A stretch of 64,000 bases of DNA from Candidatus Spyradenecus sp. (lineage in GTDB: Bacteria > Verrucomicrobiota > Verrucomicrobiia > Opitutales > UBA953): contig JAZSKX010000014.1 in NCBI GenBank assembly GCA_045535075.1, forward strand, positions 96,001-160,000, read 5' to 3'. Positions within the stretch are counted from its first letter, which is position 1. Each line of letters opens with the position of its first letter. The translations under genes were made by a program, and so were the position numbers. Under the pieces are notes generated by a model that ran no database searches, was not told the DNA's origin, and saw nothing but the letters and a program-made list of their open reading frames with translations. Below are positions 48,055-58,154 of this stretch, one piece after another.

Positions 48055-49905
48055 ATGAGCCAAGATTCCGATAAACCGACTTTCATCAAAACGAGCTCCA
48101 TTCCTGAAGGAACGCCGATGCGCGGCGCGGACGTTGTTGTACGTTGCCTCGAAAAATTGGGTGTTGATACGGTTTTTGCGTATCCGGGAGGCTCGGCGAT
48201 TGAGCTTAATCAGGCTTTAACGCGCTCTTCGAAGATTCGTACAATTCTCCCGCGGCATGAGCAGGGCGGCGGGTTTATGGCGGGCGGCTATGCCCGCTCG
48301 ACCGGAAAGCCCGGCGTTTGCTTTGCAACTTCCGGCCCCGGCGCAACAAACCTCGTAACGACGATTGCCGATGCTTTTATGGACAGCATTCCCGTCGTCT
48401 TTATTACGGGACAGGTTTTTTCTCAGTTCATCGGAAAACAGGCGTTTCAGGAAACGGACTTTTTCGGGATGACGCTTCCCGTCGTCAAACACAGTTTCCT
48501 TGTTCTCAAGGCGGAGGATCTTCCGCGTATTATTTTCCGCGCGTTTAAAATCGCGACGAGCGGCCGCCCGGGACCGGTGGTTATCGACATTCCGAAGGAT
48601 GTTCAGCAGGCGCTTTTCGTGCCGAAATTCCCGACAACAAGCGACGATCTTGCTCCGCGTATTCCGGGAAAACTTCATGCGATGGACGACGAATTGAAGC
48701 TCGTTCTGGACCTTATTTCCTCTGCAAAAAAACCGGTACTTTACATCGGCGGCGGCGTGATTTCCTCGGAATCCTCCGAGCTGCTTCGCGAATTCGCGCA
48801 TTTGACCGGCATTCCCGTGGCTTCGACGCTCATGGGGCTGGGCGCGTTCCCGGCGGACGATCCGCTTTCGCTCTACTGGTTCGGGATGCACGGAACCGTT
48901 GTCGGAAATTGGGCGGTTTATTATTCCGATCTGCTCATCGCGATGGGGGCGCGCTTTGACGACCGCATCACGGGAACGGTGGACAAATTTGCTCCGAATG
49001 CGACGATCGTTCATTTCGATATCGATCGTTCCGAGCACAACAAAAACAAAAAAGTTCAGTTCCCGATTGAAGGCGAATTGCACGACGCGCTTGTCCGCCT
49101 CATCGACCTTGTTAAACGTACCGGATTCAAAAAGCCCGACTTGTCCGCTTGGTACGAAACCATCGACGCTTGGAAAAAGGAACACGGATTTCCGTTCAAG
49201 TACGATCGCGGCGATTGCCCGCACATTCTCCCGCAGGAAGCCGTCGAAACGCTTTACGAAGAAACGAAAGGCGATGCAATCGTCTGCACGGGTGTCGGTC
49301 AGCACCAAATGTGGACGCCGCAATATTTCAAATTTAACAAGCCGCGCACCTTCATTTCTTCGCTCGGCGCGGGAACGATGGGCTTCGGGTTTGCAGCGGC
49401 TTGCGGTGTCGCGGCGGCGCATCCGGACAAAACCGTCATCAATGTTGACGGCGACGGTTCCGTGCTCATGAACATTCAGGAACTCGGCGCCATGGCGATT
49501 GAAAAACTCGCCGTTAAAACGATGATTTTGAACAATCAACACCTCGGCATGGTGGCGCAATGGGAAGACTGTTTCTACGGCTCGAATCGCGGACAGACTT
49601 TGCTCGGCGACGTTCAGAATGTCGGTTCGCCCGATAATCCGGGCGGGCTGTACCCGGATTTTGTAACAATCGCAAAAGGCTTCGGAGTCAAAGGTCGTCG
49701 AGTCATGAAGCGGGAAGAGCTTCGCGATGCAATCCGCGAAATGCTTGATACGCCGGGACCGTTTGTGCTTGATGTCGTTGTTCCTTACGGGCCGCACGTT
49801 CTGCCGTTCATTCCGCAAAAATGCTCGGCTTTGGACATTATGACGACGCAAACGGTTGACGCGTGCAAGCAATGCGGGCGTTGTCCGTGGCAAATTAAAG
49901 ATTAG
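48055..49905 (+). CDS. ilvB: Acetolactate synthase large subunit (biosynthetic)
   Basis: [31 protein letters not shown] and GDGS...NN motifs. Confidence 0.95.
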   Translation: MSQDSDKPTFIKTSSIPEGTPMRGADVVVRCLEKLGVDTVFAYPGGSAIELNQALTRSSKIRTILPRHEQGGGFMAGGYARSTGKPGVCFATSGPGATNLVTTIADAFMDSIPVVFITGQVFSQFIGKQAFQETDFFGMTLPVVKHSFLVLKAEDLPRIIFRAFKIATSGRPGPVVIDIPKDVQQALFVPKFPTTSDDLAPRIPGKLHAMDDELKLVLDLISSAKKPVLYIGGGVISSESSELLREFAHLTGIPVASTLMGLGAFPADDPLSLYWFGMHGTVVGNWAVYYSDLLIAMGARFDDRITGTVDKFAPNATIVHFDIDRSEHNKNKKVQFPIEGELHDALVRLIDLVKRTGFKKPDLSAWYETIDAWKKEHGFPFKYDRGDCPHILPQEAVETLYEETKGDAIVCTGVGQHQMWTPQYFKFNKPRTFISSLGAGTMGFGFAAACGVAAAHPDKTVINVDGDGSVLMNIQELGAMAIEKLAVKTMILNNQHLGMVAQWEDCFYGSNRGQTLLGDVQNVGSPDNPGGLYPDFVTIAKGFGVKGRRVMKREELRDAIREMLDTPGPFVLDVVVPYGPHVLPFIPQKCSALDIMTTQTVDACKQCGRCPWQIKD

Positions 49906-49920
49906 TTCTTTGCTTTACGA

Positions 49921-49955
49921 AAAAATCCTGCGGGGAGACTCGCAGGATTTTTTTT
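49921..49955 (+). terminator. Rho-independent terminator after ilvB
   Basis: AAAAATCCTGCG...CGCAGGATTTTT followed by more Ts. Confidence 0.8.
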
Positions 49956-50015
49956 AGATCGTGTAAATTCAACATGATTTACACGCACCAATCTGTTCTT
50001 TTGTCGGGTTCAGAT

Positions 50016-50052
50016 AAAAAGCGTTCCCGTGAAAACCCGCGGGAACGCTTTT
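50016..50052 (-). terminator. Terminator built from an inverted pair of the motif
   Basis: AAAAGCGTTCCCGTG-aaaacc-CGCGGGAACGCTTTT. Confidence 0.8.
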
Positions 50053-50100
50053 ACTTTTCGGCGTGCATCAAAGCATTGCCGATATTCGATTGATGCGCTT

Positions 50101-51267
50101 TTAGTAAACGTCTTTTTGGTAGCGCCCTTCAGCTTTAAGCGCCTTGAGCTTTGCTGCCGCATCTTCCGGGGAAAGCCCGCCGTGTTGCTGGAAAATATCG
50201 AGCAGAGCCGCTTCAACGTCTTTTGCCATACGCTTGGCATCGCCGCAGATAAAGAAGTAGCCGCCTTCGTCGTTGAGCCATTTCCAAACTTCGGCGCCGG
50301 CTTCGCGGATTTTGTCCTGGACGTAAATTTTGTATTCCTGGTCGCGGGACCATGCGCATTCGAGGCGTGTCAGCAAGCCGCTTGCGAGGGCGTCTTCCCA
50401 TTCTTTTTGGTAAAGGAAGTCTGTTTTTACGCGTTGATCGCCGAAGAAGAGCCAGTTTTTACCCTTGGCTCCCTGCGCGGCGCGGTCTTGGACAAAGCTA
50501 CGGAACGGAGCGATTCCCGTTCCCGGGCCGACCATAATCATCGGGGCATTCAAATCCGCCGGCGGGCCGAAGTGTGAATTGGCGACGAAGACCGGAAGCG
50601 CGGGTTCGCCAACCGGGGCGTATTCGCCGAGGAAAGTCGAGCAAACGCCGTCACGGGAACGCCCGTTGGTTTCGTAGCGGACGACGGCGACCGTCAGATG
50701 GACTTTGTCTTTGCCGACGAAGCGCGGCGACGATGAAATCGAGTAAAGGCGCGGAGCGAGTTTGCGAAGCTGTTCGATGAAGCTTTGCGCGGATACTTTA
50801 ATCGAGGAAAATTCTTCGCCGATGTCGAGAACGTGGCGCGCATCAATCCAAGCTTTTTGAGCTACGGGATCGGCGTTGGCGAGCACTTCGGCGAGCTTTG
50901 CCTTGTCGCAATCGCAAGCCGCATTGTCATGGGCGAATTGGACAAATTTCTTCGTGATGGCGCCGAGGGAAAGTTCCGTCGTCAGCGCATCGCGCAGTTT
51001 GATTTGTTCCGTCGCTTTCGGGAGCGTGACGCATTCGTCTCCGGAAAGTTTATAAGCTTTCAGGACTGCATCGACGAGTTTGTCCGTATTGCGCGGGAAC
51101 ACGCCGAGGGAATCGCCGGATTTATAAACAAGTCCGCTGTCGCCGAGGTCAATTTCGAGGTGAACCGTTTCTTTTTGCGATTCGGGAGCGTTTGCGCGGG
51201 AACGCACGTCCAGCTTCGCGAGATACGGATTCGTTTTGGAATAAGGGCAGGTGTTTTCTTCAGCCAT
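50101..51267 (-). CDS. CysJ-like NADPH flavoprotein reductase (FAD/NADPH module only)
   Basis: RLYSISS, GVCS, MVGPGTGIAPFR, WLFFG, CGDAKRMA and RYQKDVY motifs; no N-terminal flavodoxin domain. Confidence 0.88.
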   Translation of the reverse strand: MAEENTCPYSKTNPYLAKLDVRSRANAPESQKETVHLEIDLGDSGLVYKSGDSLGVFPRNTDKLVDAVLKAYKLSGDECVTLPKATEQIKLRDALTTELSLGAITKKFVQFAHDNAACDCDKAKLAEVLANADPVAQKAWIDARHVLDIGEEFSSIKVSAQSFIEQLRKLAPRLYSISSSPRFVGKDKVHLTVAVVRYETNGRSRDGVCSTFLGEYAPVGEPALPVFVANSHFGPPADLNAPMIMVGPGTGIAPFRSFVQDRAAQGAKGKNWLFFGDQRVKTDFLYQKEWEDALASGLLTRLECAWSRDQEYKIYVQDKIREAGAEVWKWLNDEGGYFFICGDAKRMAKDVEAALLDIFQQHGGLSPEDAAAKLKALKAEGRYQKDVY

Positions 51268-51294
51268 GTTTTGAGATTATGAATTAAAATTAAA

Positions 51295-51813
51295 TTATGC
51301 GGCGTTCCCGTTTGCCGGCGGCGTGTAAACGCGGGAGCCGGCTTCGGCGTCAAGCATTAGTAATCCTTGACCTTCGCCGTTGACGAGCTTGAGGCGGTCA
51401 ATGATGTTTTTGACGCTTTCTTCTTCTTCGATTTGCTCCGTAACAAACCATTGCAGGAAAATGTCCGTTGCGAAATCATGTTCGTCTTTGGCAAGGTGAA
51501 CGAGTTCGTTGATGCGGCGTGTTACTTCCGCTTCATGCGCCGCCGCCATTTTGAATGCGTCAAGCGCGTTTGCCCATTGTGAGGGCGGTTCGTCGATTGC
51601 GGAAAGTTTGGCGGCTCCGCCGCGGGAAAGGACGAAGTCATAAAACTTCAGTGCGTGATCGGTTTCTTCTCGGTATTGGATGCGCATCCAGTTCGCAAAT
51701 CCCGGCAACCCGACATCCGAAAAGTAGGCGGACATCGCAAGATACAGATTTGCCGAATACATTTCCCATTTCAATTGTTCGTTGAGGGCTGAGGTAATTT
51801 TTTCGCTAATCAT
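51295..51813 (-). CDS. ftn: Non-heme ferritin
   Basis: LNEQLKWEMYSANLYL, EE..HA and FLQWFVTEQIEEE motifs. Confidence 0.93.
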   Translation of the reverse strand: MISEKITSALNEQLKWEMYSANLYLAMSAYFSDVGLPGFANWMRIQYREETDHALKFYDFVLSRGGAAKLSAIDEPPSQWANALDAFKMAAAHEAEVTRRINELVHLAKDEHDFATDIFLQWFVTEQIEEEESVKNIIDRLKLVNGEGQGLLMLDAEAGSRVYTPPANGNAA

Positions 51814-51847
51814 AACACTATAATTTTCTACGGGTTTTCTCAGAAAA

Positions 51848-52699
51848 TCAAGAAATCAAATGCGCAATAAAGCGGTCTCCGGCAACGGAAATCGGCTTCG
51901 AAATTCCGGCGGCGACGTAGTCGACGGCACGGGAAACGGCAACGGCGAGATTTTTCTTTGTATCGGAAGAAATCGGCGTTCCCGCCAGATTTGCGGCAAT
52001 GGCGGCGGAAAGCGTGCAGCCGCTTCCGTGTGTATTTGTTTTTTCAATACGCGGATGTTTCAGGAAAGAATCAAATCCGCCTTGCTGTTTCGGAAATGCG
52101 AGAGCGTCGTAAACGTCGTCTCCGTTGCCGTGACCGCCCTTGAGCAAAGCGGGAACGCCGAGCGATTCGGCGAGTTCTTCCGCCGATTTCGAGATGTTTT
52201 CGAATTCGGTTTTTGCGTTTTTACGCCATGCGAATTTTTCCCCGAGTAAAACTTCCGCTTCGTCCAAATTGGGAGTGACGACGCTTGCGAGCGGAATCAG
52301 GCGTTCCCGCAGGGTTGCGATCGCCGCGTCGTCGATGAGTTTTGCGCCGCTGGTTGCAATCATCACGGGATCGACGACGAGTTTGATGTCGCGGTGGGCT
52401 TCAAAGAAATCCGCCACGGCGTTGATAATTTCGGCGTTGGCGAGCATGCCGGTTTTGGCGGCACCGATTTTGAAAAAACGTGCGACTTGCTCTGCCTGTT
52501 CGCGAACGAAAGTTGCGGGAACGGGATGCACGGCGGAAACGCCGTCGGGATTTTGTGCCGTGAGTGCAGTAATTGCCGTTGTCCCGAAAACGCCGTGCGC
52601 GGCAAAACTCAGTAAATCCGCCTGAATGCCGGCACCGCCGCCGGAATCGGAGCCGGCGATCGAAAGCGCTACGGGAAGTTCGTTTTCAAAATTTTCCAT
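51848..52699 (-). CDS. thiD: Hydroxymethylpyrimidine/phosphomethylpyrimidine kinase
   Basis: IAGSDSGGGAGIQAD, KTGML, DPVM, TPN..E and HGSGC motifs. Confidence 0.95.
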   Translation of the reverse strand: MENFENELPVALSIAGSDSGGGAGIQADLLSFAAHGVFGTTAITALTAQNPDGVSAVHPVPATFVREQAEQVARFFKIGAAKTGMLANAEIINAVADFFEAHRDIKLVVDPVMIATSGAKLIDDAAIATLRERLIPLASVVTPNLDEAEVLLGEKFAWRKNAKTEFENISKSAEELAESLGVPALLKGGHGNGDDVYDALAFPKQQGGFDSFLKHPRIEKTNTHGSGCTLSAAIAANLAGTPISSDTKKNLAVAVSRAVDYVAAGISKPISVAGDRFIAHLIS

Positions 52700-52787
52700 G
52701 GAAAAAGCTTAAATTGTCGAGTCGTTGCGGGGGAAGCGAAAACGTTTTCCGTTTGTAAAAATCGGCGGGAACGCTTTTTGTGTTCGC

Positions 52788-54131
52788 ATGGACAATACGG
52801 TTTCTTTCGACGCGAAAAATCTTCCCAAAGCGAATCACCTTGTTTGGATTGACTGCGCTCGTTGGGTGGCGATGTTTCTCGTAGTTGTTTGTCATGCGTG
52901 CGATCCGTTTAATTGCTCGCCGGAATCGACAAGCAATCCGGAGTTTCTGCGCTGGGGCGCGTTCTGGGGCTCGTTGCTACGCCCGAGCGTGCCGCTTTTC
53001 GTGATGATTACCGGAGCGCTTTTACTTCCCGTACGCGAGACTTCGCTCGGCGGATTTTACAAAAAACGCATTCCGCGCGTACTGATTCCGTTTCTGATTT
53101 GGTCCGTCGTTTATTCGCTGTTCCCGTGGGTTGCGAGTTTGTTGACGGCGACGCCGGAAGCCGCGAAGGAATTAGTGCTCACCTTCTTTCCGTACGCAGG
53201 ATTTATGAACGGCGGGAACGGTCCGGAAACGACGCTTGGCGCCGCGCTCGGAACCGTTGCGACAATCCCGTTTTCGTTCAATTATTTCACCGTTCACATG
53301 TGGTATATCTACATGTTGATCGGGCTTTATCTCTATCTGCCGGTTTTTTCGGCATGGGTGGAAAAAGTTTCGATAAAAACTAAGTGCGCATTTCTCGCAA
53401 TTTGGGGCGTAACGTTGTTCATTCCTTACGCCGATGTTTTTCTGACTCCGCATTTGCCTTTCGGCGAAGGTTACCTTTTCGGAACCTGTTCGTGGAACGC
53501 GTTCGGTACATTCTACGCGTTTGCCGGGTTTAACGGCTATTTGTTGCTCGGGCATGTGCTTGCTCAGCTTTCGCGGGAACTCAATTTGAAAAAAACGCTC
53601 GCAATCGGCTTGCCGATTTTGTGCGCGGGAACGTTCCTGACGTATCTCGGATTCCTTTGGGTGCGCTTGACGGGAAGCCTCGACAATCCGGCGGTTTTTA
53701 ATGCGCTTGCCGATATCGGAATTGTTTCAAAAACACTTGCCGATGCCGCGCAAGCGCTCGCGGGAACGTCGCCGGAAGCTGTCGCCGCCACGGCAAAAAT
53801 GTTCCAAGCCGAACCGATGGTGGAGCTTTTTTGGACGTATTGTTCGTTTAACGTCGTACTTTCGAGTGCCGCGCTGTTTTTGCTGATTTCAAAAATCGAA
53901 ATTGCTCCCGGAAGGCTTACCCGCTTTCTCGCGACGCTCGGAAAAATCGGTTTCGGCGTTTATCTTGTTCACTATTTCTTTGTCGGCCCGTGCTATGTAC
54001 TTGCCGTTAAAATCGGGATTCCGCTTTCACTGCAAATTCCGGTTTCGGCACTTTTTGCTTTCGCGGCGACTTACGTTGCCGTGCGCGCGCTTTACGCAAT
54101 CCTTCCGAAACCGAAAATTTTCTTGGGATAG
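52788..54131 (+). CDS. Acyltransferase-3 family membrane protein
   Basis: WID..R..AMFLVV..H, VPLFVMITG, HMWYIY and FGVYLVH motifs. Confidence 0.88.
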   Translation: MDNTVSFDAKNLPKANHLVWIDCARWVAMFLVVVCHACDPFNCSPESTSNPEFLRWGAFWGSLLRPSVPLFVMITGALLLPVRETSLGGFYKKRIPRVLIPFLIWSVVYSLFPWVASLLTATPEAAKELVLTFFPYAGFMNGGNGPETTLGAALGTVATIPFSFNYFTVHMWYIYMLIGLYLYLPVFSAWVEKVSIKTKCAFLAIWGVTLFIPYADVFLTPHLPFGEGYLFGTCSWNAFGTFYAFAGFNGYLLLGHVLAQLSRELNLKKTLAIGLPILCAGTFLTYLGFLWVRLTGSLDNPAVFNALADIGIVSKTLADAAQALAGTSPEAVAATAKMFQAEPMVELFWTYCSFNVVLSSAALFLLISKIEIAPGRLTRFLATLGKIGFGVYLVHYFFVGPCYVLAVKIGIPLSLQIPVSALFAFAATYVAVRALYAILPKPKIFLG

Positions 54132-54140
54132 GAGCGTAGC

Positions 54141-55055
54141 TTATTTTTTGACCTCGAGGTGAATCGTCGCGTCGATGGCGAGTTCCCGGAAAATGGCTTT
54201 TTCGATTTTGTCGGCGTAGGAGTGTGCGTCCCGCAACGGCATATCGCCGTCAAAGCGAATGTGAAATGTAATTTCCGTGTGCATACCGTATTCGTGGCAA
54301 TGCAGATGGTGTACGTCGAGGTCGTTGCGTCCGCTGACGGTTTCGCAGATTTTGCGAATTTGGTCTTCGGTTTCGCGGGAAACGCCGGAACCCAGAAGCT
54401 TGGAGGCGGCGTTTTGAAGAACATTCCAGGCGAGCCTGAAAAGAAGGATGCCGACGACGCACGAGAGCGCGCCGTCCATCCACCAGAGCGCGTTCCCGCA
54501 GAACTTGGCGATTAGCATACCAACAAGGAGTATGGCGGAGCTGAGCGTGTCGCTCCGGTGATGATAGGCATCGGCGCGGAGCGAATTGATTTTGGTTTTT
54601 CGCGCTGCCCAGAATGCGTACTGAGCCATGGATTCCTTGATGATAATAGTCGCAAGCATTGCGGCGAAGGCAAGCCAACCGAAGTCGACGCTTTCTCCGG
54701 CGAGGATTTTTTCGATTCCGCCTTTTACAAAAGTGAAGCCGACTCCGGCGAGCATCATGGCAATCGCGAGCGAAGCAATCAGCTCGGCGCGCCCGTGCCC
54801 GAAAGGATGTTCGGGATCTGCCGGCTTTTCCGAAATTTTAATTCCGATGAGAAGTACGCCCGAAGAAAGGCAGTCTGAAAGTGTTTCCCATGCGTCGGCA
54901 ATAACGGCGAGCGAGCCTGTAAAGTGCCCGGCCCAAAGCTTGAACACGCCGAGCAGGGCGTTCCCGCAAATTGCGATATAGCCTTCGCTTTTGGCGATTT
55001 TTAAATTGCGCTTTCGTAATTGTTCGCGCTTCTCGGAGTAGCTTGAATCCGGCAT
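54141..55055 (-). CDS. Cation diffusion facilitator family transporter
   Basis: SLAVIADA, HPFGHGRAE and ADAYHHRSD motifs. Confidence 0.92.
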   Translation of the reverse strand: MPDSSYSEKREQLRKRNLKIAKSEGYIAICGNALLGVFKLWAGHFTGSLAVIADAWETLSDCLSSGVLLIGIKISEKPADPEHPFGHGRAELIASLAIAMMLAGVGFTFVKGGIEKILAGESVDFGWLAFAAMLATIIIKESMAQYAFWAARKTKINSLRADAYHHRSDTLSSAILLVGMLIAKFCGNALWWMDGALSCVVGILLFRLAWNVLQNAASKLLGSGVSRETEDQIRKICETVSGRNDLDVHHLHCHEYGMHTEITFHIRFDGDMPLRDAHSYADKIEKAIFRELAIDATIHLEVKK

Positions 55056-55091
55056 AAAATAAAGCCGTTCCCGCGGGAACGGCATTAGACG

Positions 55092-55613
55092 TTAATTGAT
55101 GTCGCCGAGGTAATCCGTCGGAATTTCAAGTTCGTTTTTATCATTCAAAAACGTTTTAAAAAGCGACGGGAAGAAGCGGGCTTCGCGGAGTTCTTCGAGC
55201 GGAATCCACTTGTAGCCGACTTGGCGCGTGTCCTGCTCGGAACCGTGTCCGATATTGCCTTCTTCAAGCAAATCGCAAGCGAAAACAACTTCGACCTGAT
55301 GAAAGTGTTTGTGGCGTGCGGCGAAATCGTGGTTTTTCCCGATGTACTCGCGCACGTAGAGCATTTTGTAAGGCTCGACGGAAATCCCGAGTTCTTCGGC
55401 GCATTCGCGGCGAACCGTATTGTAGAGCTCTTCGCCGTGCTTTTGTCCGCCGCCCGGAAGAACGTAAAACGGTCCCGTCTGGTCACGCAAAATAACGGCG
55501 AGCAATTTATTGTCCCGCACGACGACCGCACGCGCCGCGACGCGAATGGGATTGCTTGCCTGAAACGGTTTCGGGCGGCGGGGGCGGTTATTGTTTTGCG
55601 GATGAGAATTCAT
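55092..55613 (-). CDS. NUDIX hydrolase
   Basis: Nudix box PGGGQKHGEE...RRECAEELG. Confidence 0.9.
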   Translation of the reverse strand: MNSHPQNNNRPRRPKPFQASNPIRVAARAVVVRDNKLLAVILRDQTGPFYVLPGGGQKHGEELYNTVRRECAEELGISVEPYKMLYVREYIGKNHDFAARHKHFHQVEVVFACDLLEEGNIGHGSEQDTRQVGYKWIPLEELREARFFPSLFKTFLNDKNELEIPTDYLGDIN

Positions 55614-55694
55614 AAAAGCTAGCGATTTTTAAATGCAAACGGCAGACTGCGGGAACGCCGCCTGCCGTTTGCTGAGTTGAAAAGTCCGTCAGAC

Positions 55695-56435
55695 TTAGTC
55701 CAACAAGCCGTCGGCGATGTCTTCGTTCGAGTGAACCGCCTTGACGTCGTCGAGGTCTTCGAGCGCGTCAATGAGCTTTTGAATCTTCTTGGCTGTTTCC
55801 GCGTCGGAGATCGGAACCGTGACGTTGGGCAGGTAAACAAGGTCGGATTCCGCCGGCTTGATGCCTTTGTCTTCAAGCGCCTTGGCGACGTTGTCGTAGT
55901 CGGCAATCGCCGTGATGATTTCGAAGTGGTCGCCGTTATTTTTAAAATCTTCAGCTCCGGCTTCGAGGGCGAGTTCCATCAGTTCGTCTTCGTTCATGCC
56001 TTCCGCGGAAATAAGGATTTGTCCCTTGCGGTTGAAGTTAAAGGCAACGGACCCGGAGCTGCCCATGTTCCCGCCGTTTTTGGAAAATGTCGAACGCACT
56101 TCGCCGACGGCGCGGTTTTTGTTGTCGGTCGTTACTTCGACAACGAGGCTAACGCCCGCAGGCGCATAACCTTCATAAACCATTTCTTCGTAGACAACGC
56201 CCGGAATTTCGCCCGTACCTTTTTTAATGGCGCGGTCAATGTTGTCGTTCGGCATATTTGCCGCACGTGCGCGCAGGAGAATGGAGCGCAGGCGCATGTT
56301 CGTGCTCGGGTCGCCGCCGCTTTCGCGCGCCGCAAGCGTAATTTCTTTGGCAAGATTGCTGAAAATCTTCCCGCGTTTTGCGTCAACCAAACCTTTATGA
56401 CGCTTCGTCGTAGCCCATTTGCTGTGTCCGGACAT
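55695..56435 (-). CDS. yebC: YebC/PmpR family protein
   Basis: MSGHSKW, YEGY.P.G, TDNKNR and EDLDDV motifs. Confidence 0.95.
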   Translation of the reverse strand: MSGHSKWATTKRHKGLVDAKRGKIFSNLAKEITLAARESGGDPSTNMRLRSILLRARAANMPNDNIDRAIKKGTGEIPGVVYEEMVYEGYAPAGVSLVVEVTTDNKNRAVGEVRSTFSKNGGNMGSSGSVAFNFNRKGQILISAEGMNEDELMELALEAGAEDFKNNGDHFEIITAIADYDNVAKALEDKGIKPAESDLVYLPNVTVPISDAETAKKIQKLIDALEDLDDVKAVHSNEDIADGLLD

Positions 56436-56585
56436 AATCTTTTTATTAAGGAGTTAAATTTCGGAAAAGCATATCTTTAATGCGTTCCCGCGTAAAGGAA
56501 AAGCTTCGTAACGGGAATTTTTCGGTAGCCGTCGGGTGCTGGCTGCGCTTGCGTTTCGCGGGAAAGGAGCGTATTTTCTTCGCTC

Positions 56586-58115
56586 ATGTCTGCACTTTGT
56601 GAAGAAGTTTTTGATGCCATTTTGATGGCACGGCAACGCGTTTATGCGGTTGCGAATCCCACGCCGCTCGAAGAGCTCGTCGGAAGCAATTTGCCGTTTC
56701 GCCTTTTTGTTAAACGCGAAGATCTCGGTCCGATTAAAGCTTATAAATGGCGCGGCGCGTATAATCGCATGGCGCTTTTGACGCCGGAAGAGCGTTCCCG
56801 CGGGATTGTCGCGGCATCGGCGGGAAACCATGCACAAGGCGTTGCGCTTGCAGCGAAGTTGCTTGGCATTCATGCGAAAATTTTTATGCCGCGTTCGACG
56901 CCGGATGTGAAACAGGCGGCGGTGAAGCGTTTCGGCGGAGAATTTGTCGAAATCGTTTTGCACGGCGATTCATATGATGTCGCGGGAGAAGCGGCAAAAA
57001 AGGCGGCAAAGGACGAAGGTCTTACCTTTGTTCATCCCTACGATGACATCGGAACGATGGGCGGGCAGGGCACGCTCGCCGACGAAGTGGTGATGTCGGG
57101 AAAGGGGCCGTTTGACGTGGCGTTTTTGCAAATCGGCGGCGGCGGCATGGCGGCGGCGTGCGCGGTTTGGTTGCGCCGTCAGTATCCGGGAATTAAAATC
57201 TACGGGGTTGAGGGAGCGAATCAGGCTTCGATGAAAGCGGCGTTGGAGGCGGGAACGCCCACGGACATCGGCAAGGTGGATATTTTCTGCGACGGTACGG
57301 CGGTGCGTAAGGCGGGAACGCTTACATTTGATATTTGCAAAGAAGTGCTCGACGGCGTCGTTACCGTTACGAACGAAGATATTTGCTGGGCGATTCAGAA
57401 GCTTTGGGAAACGAATCGGATTATTCCGGAGACTTCCGGCGCAATGGGCGTTGCCGCAGCGATTAAATATGCAGATAAGCTCGCGGGAACGAAAGTCCTC
57501 GCGGTCATTTCCGGGGCGAATGTGGATTTCGGACAATTGGGATTCATTACGCGCAATTCCCAGGTTAACGGCGCAAAGCGGCATTGTTTGCGCGTGCGTA
57601 TTCCGGAGCGTCCGGGCGCATTTTTGGAGGTCTTCGGCAAAGCGTTTTCCAAAAGCAGTATCACGGAATTCCAATACGGAAAAACCAGTGAGACGGAGGC
57701 TTGTCCGATTATCGGCGTCGCCGTCTCGGATGAGCAACTTGCCGAAATTACGGGAACGCTTGATGCCTGTAATGTGCCATGGGAAGACGTTACGAACGAT
57801 GCGGATACGCTTTTCCGCGTGATTCCGTTTGAGCGCGGTCTGCTTAAAAATCCGCTCTTTATCCGTCTTGATTTCTATGAGCGCCCCGGAGCTTTGCACG
57901 ACTTCCTTTCTCGCGACTTGGGAGAGAACGACAATATCTGCTACTTCAATTACCTTTATACGGGCGAACGTGTCGGGCGGGCGCTTTTGGGATTTGAATT
58001 CGCTGAAGAAGCGGACCGGAAAGCATTTTTAGATAAACTTTCCGGAGAACTGAGCGGAGCCGTTCGTTCCCGTGAAATCATCAGCGGGGCGGTTGCCGAG
58101 CGCTTAGGCGCCTAG
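56586..58115 (+). CDS. ilvA: Threonine ammonia-lyase, biosynthetic
   Basis: KREDL, YKWRGA, SAGNHAQG, GGGG and C-terminal PERPGA regulatory repeats. Confidence 0.93.
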   Translation: MSALCEEVFDAILMARQRVYAVANPTPLEELVGSNLPFRLFVKREDLGPIKAYKWRGAYNRMALLTPEERSRGIVAASAGNHAQGVALAAKLLGIHAKIFMPRSTPDVKQAAVKRFGGEFVEIVLHGDSYDVAGEAAKKAAKDEGLTFVHPYDDIGTMGGQGTLADEVVMSGKGPFDVAFLQIGGGGMAAACAVWLRRQYPGIKIYGVEGANQASMKAALEAGTPTDIGKVDIFCDGTAVRKAGTLTFDICKEVLDGVVTVTNEDICWAIQKLWETNRIIPETSGAMGVAAAIKYADKLAGTKVLAVISGANVDFGQLGFITRNSQVNGAKRHCLRVRIPERPGAFLEVFGKAFSKSSITEFQYGKTSETEACPIIGVAVSDEQLAEITGTLDACNVPWEDVTNDADTLFRVIPFERGLLKNPLFIRLDFYERPGALHDFLSRDLGENDNICYFNYLYTGERVGRALLGFEFAEEADRKAFLDKLSGELSGAVRSREIISGAVAERLGA

Positions 58116-58154
58116 CGCGGGAATACGGTCATTTGATTTTTTAATGCGTTTATT

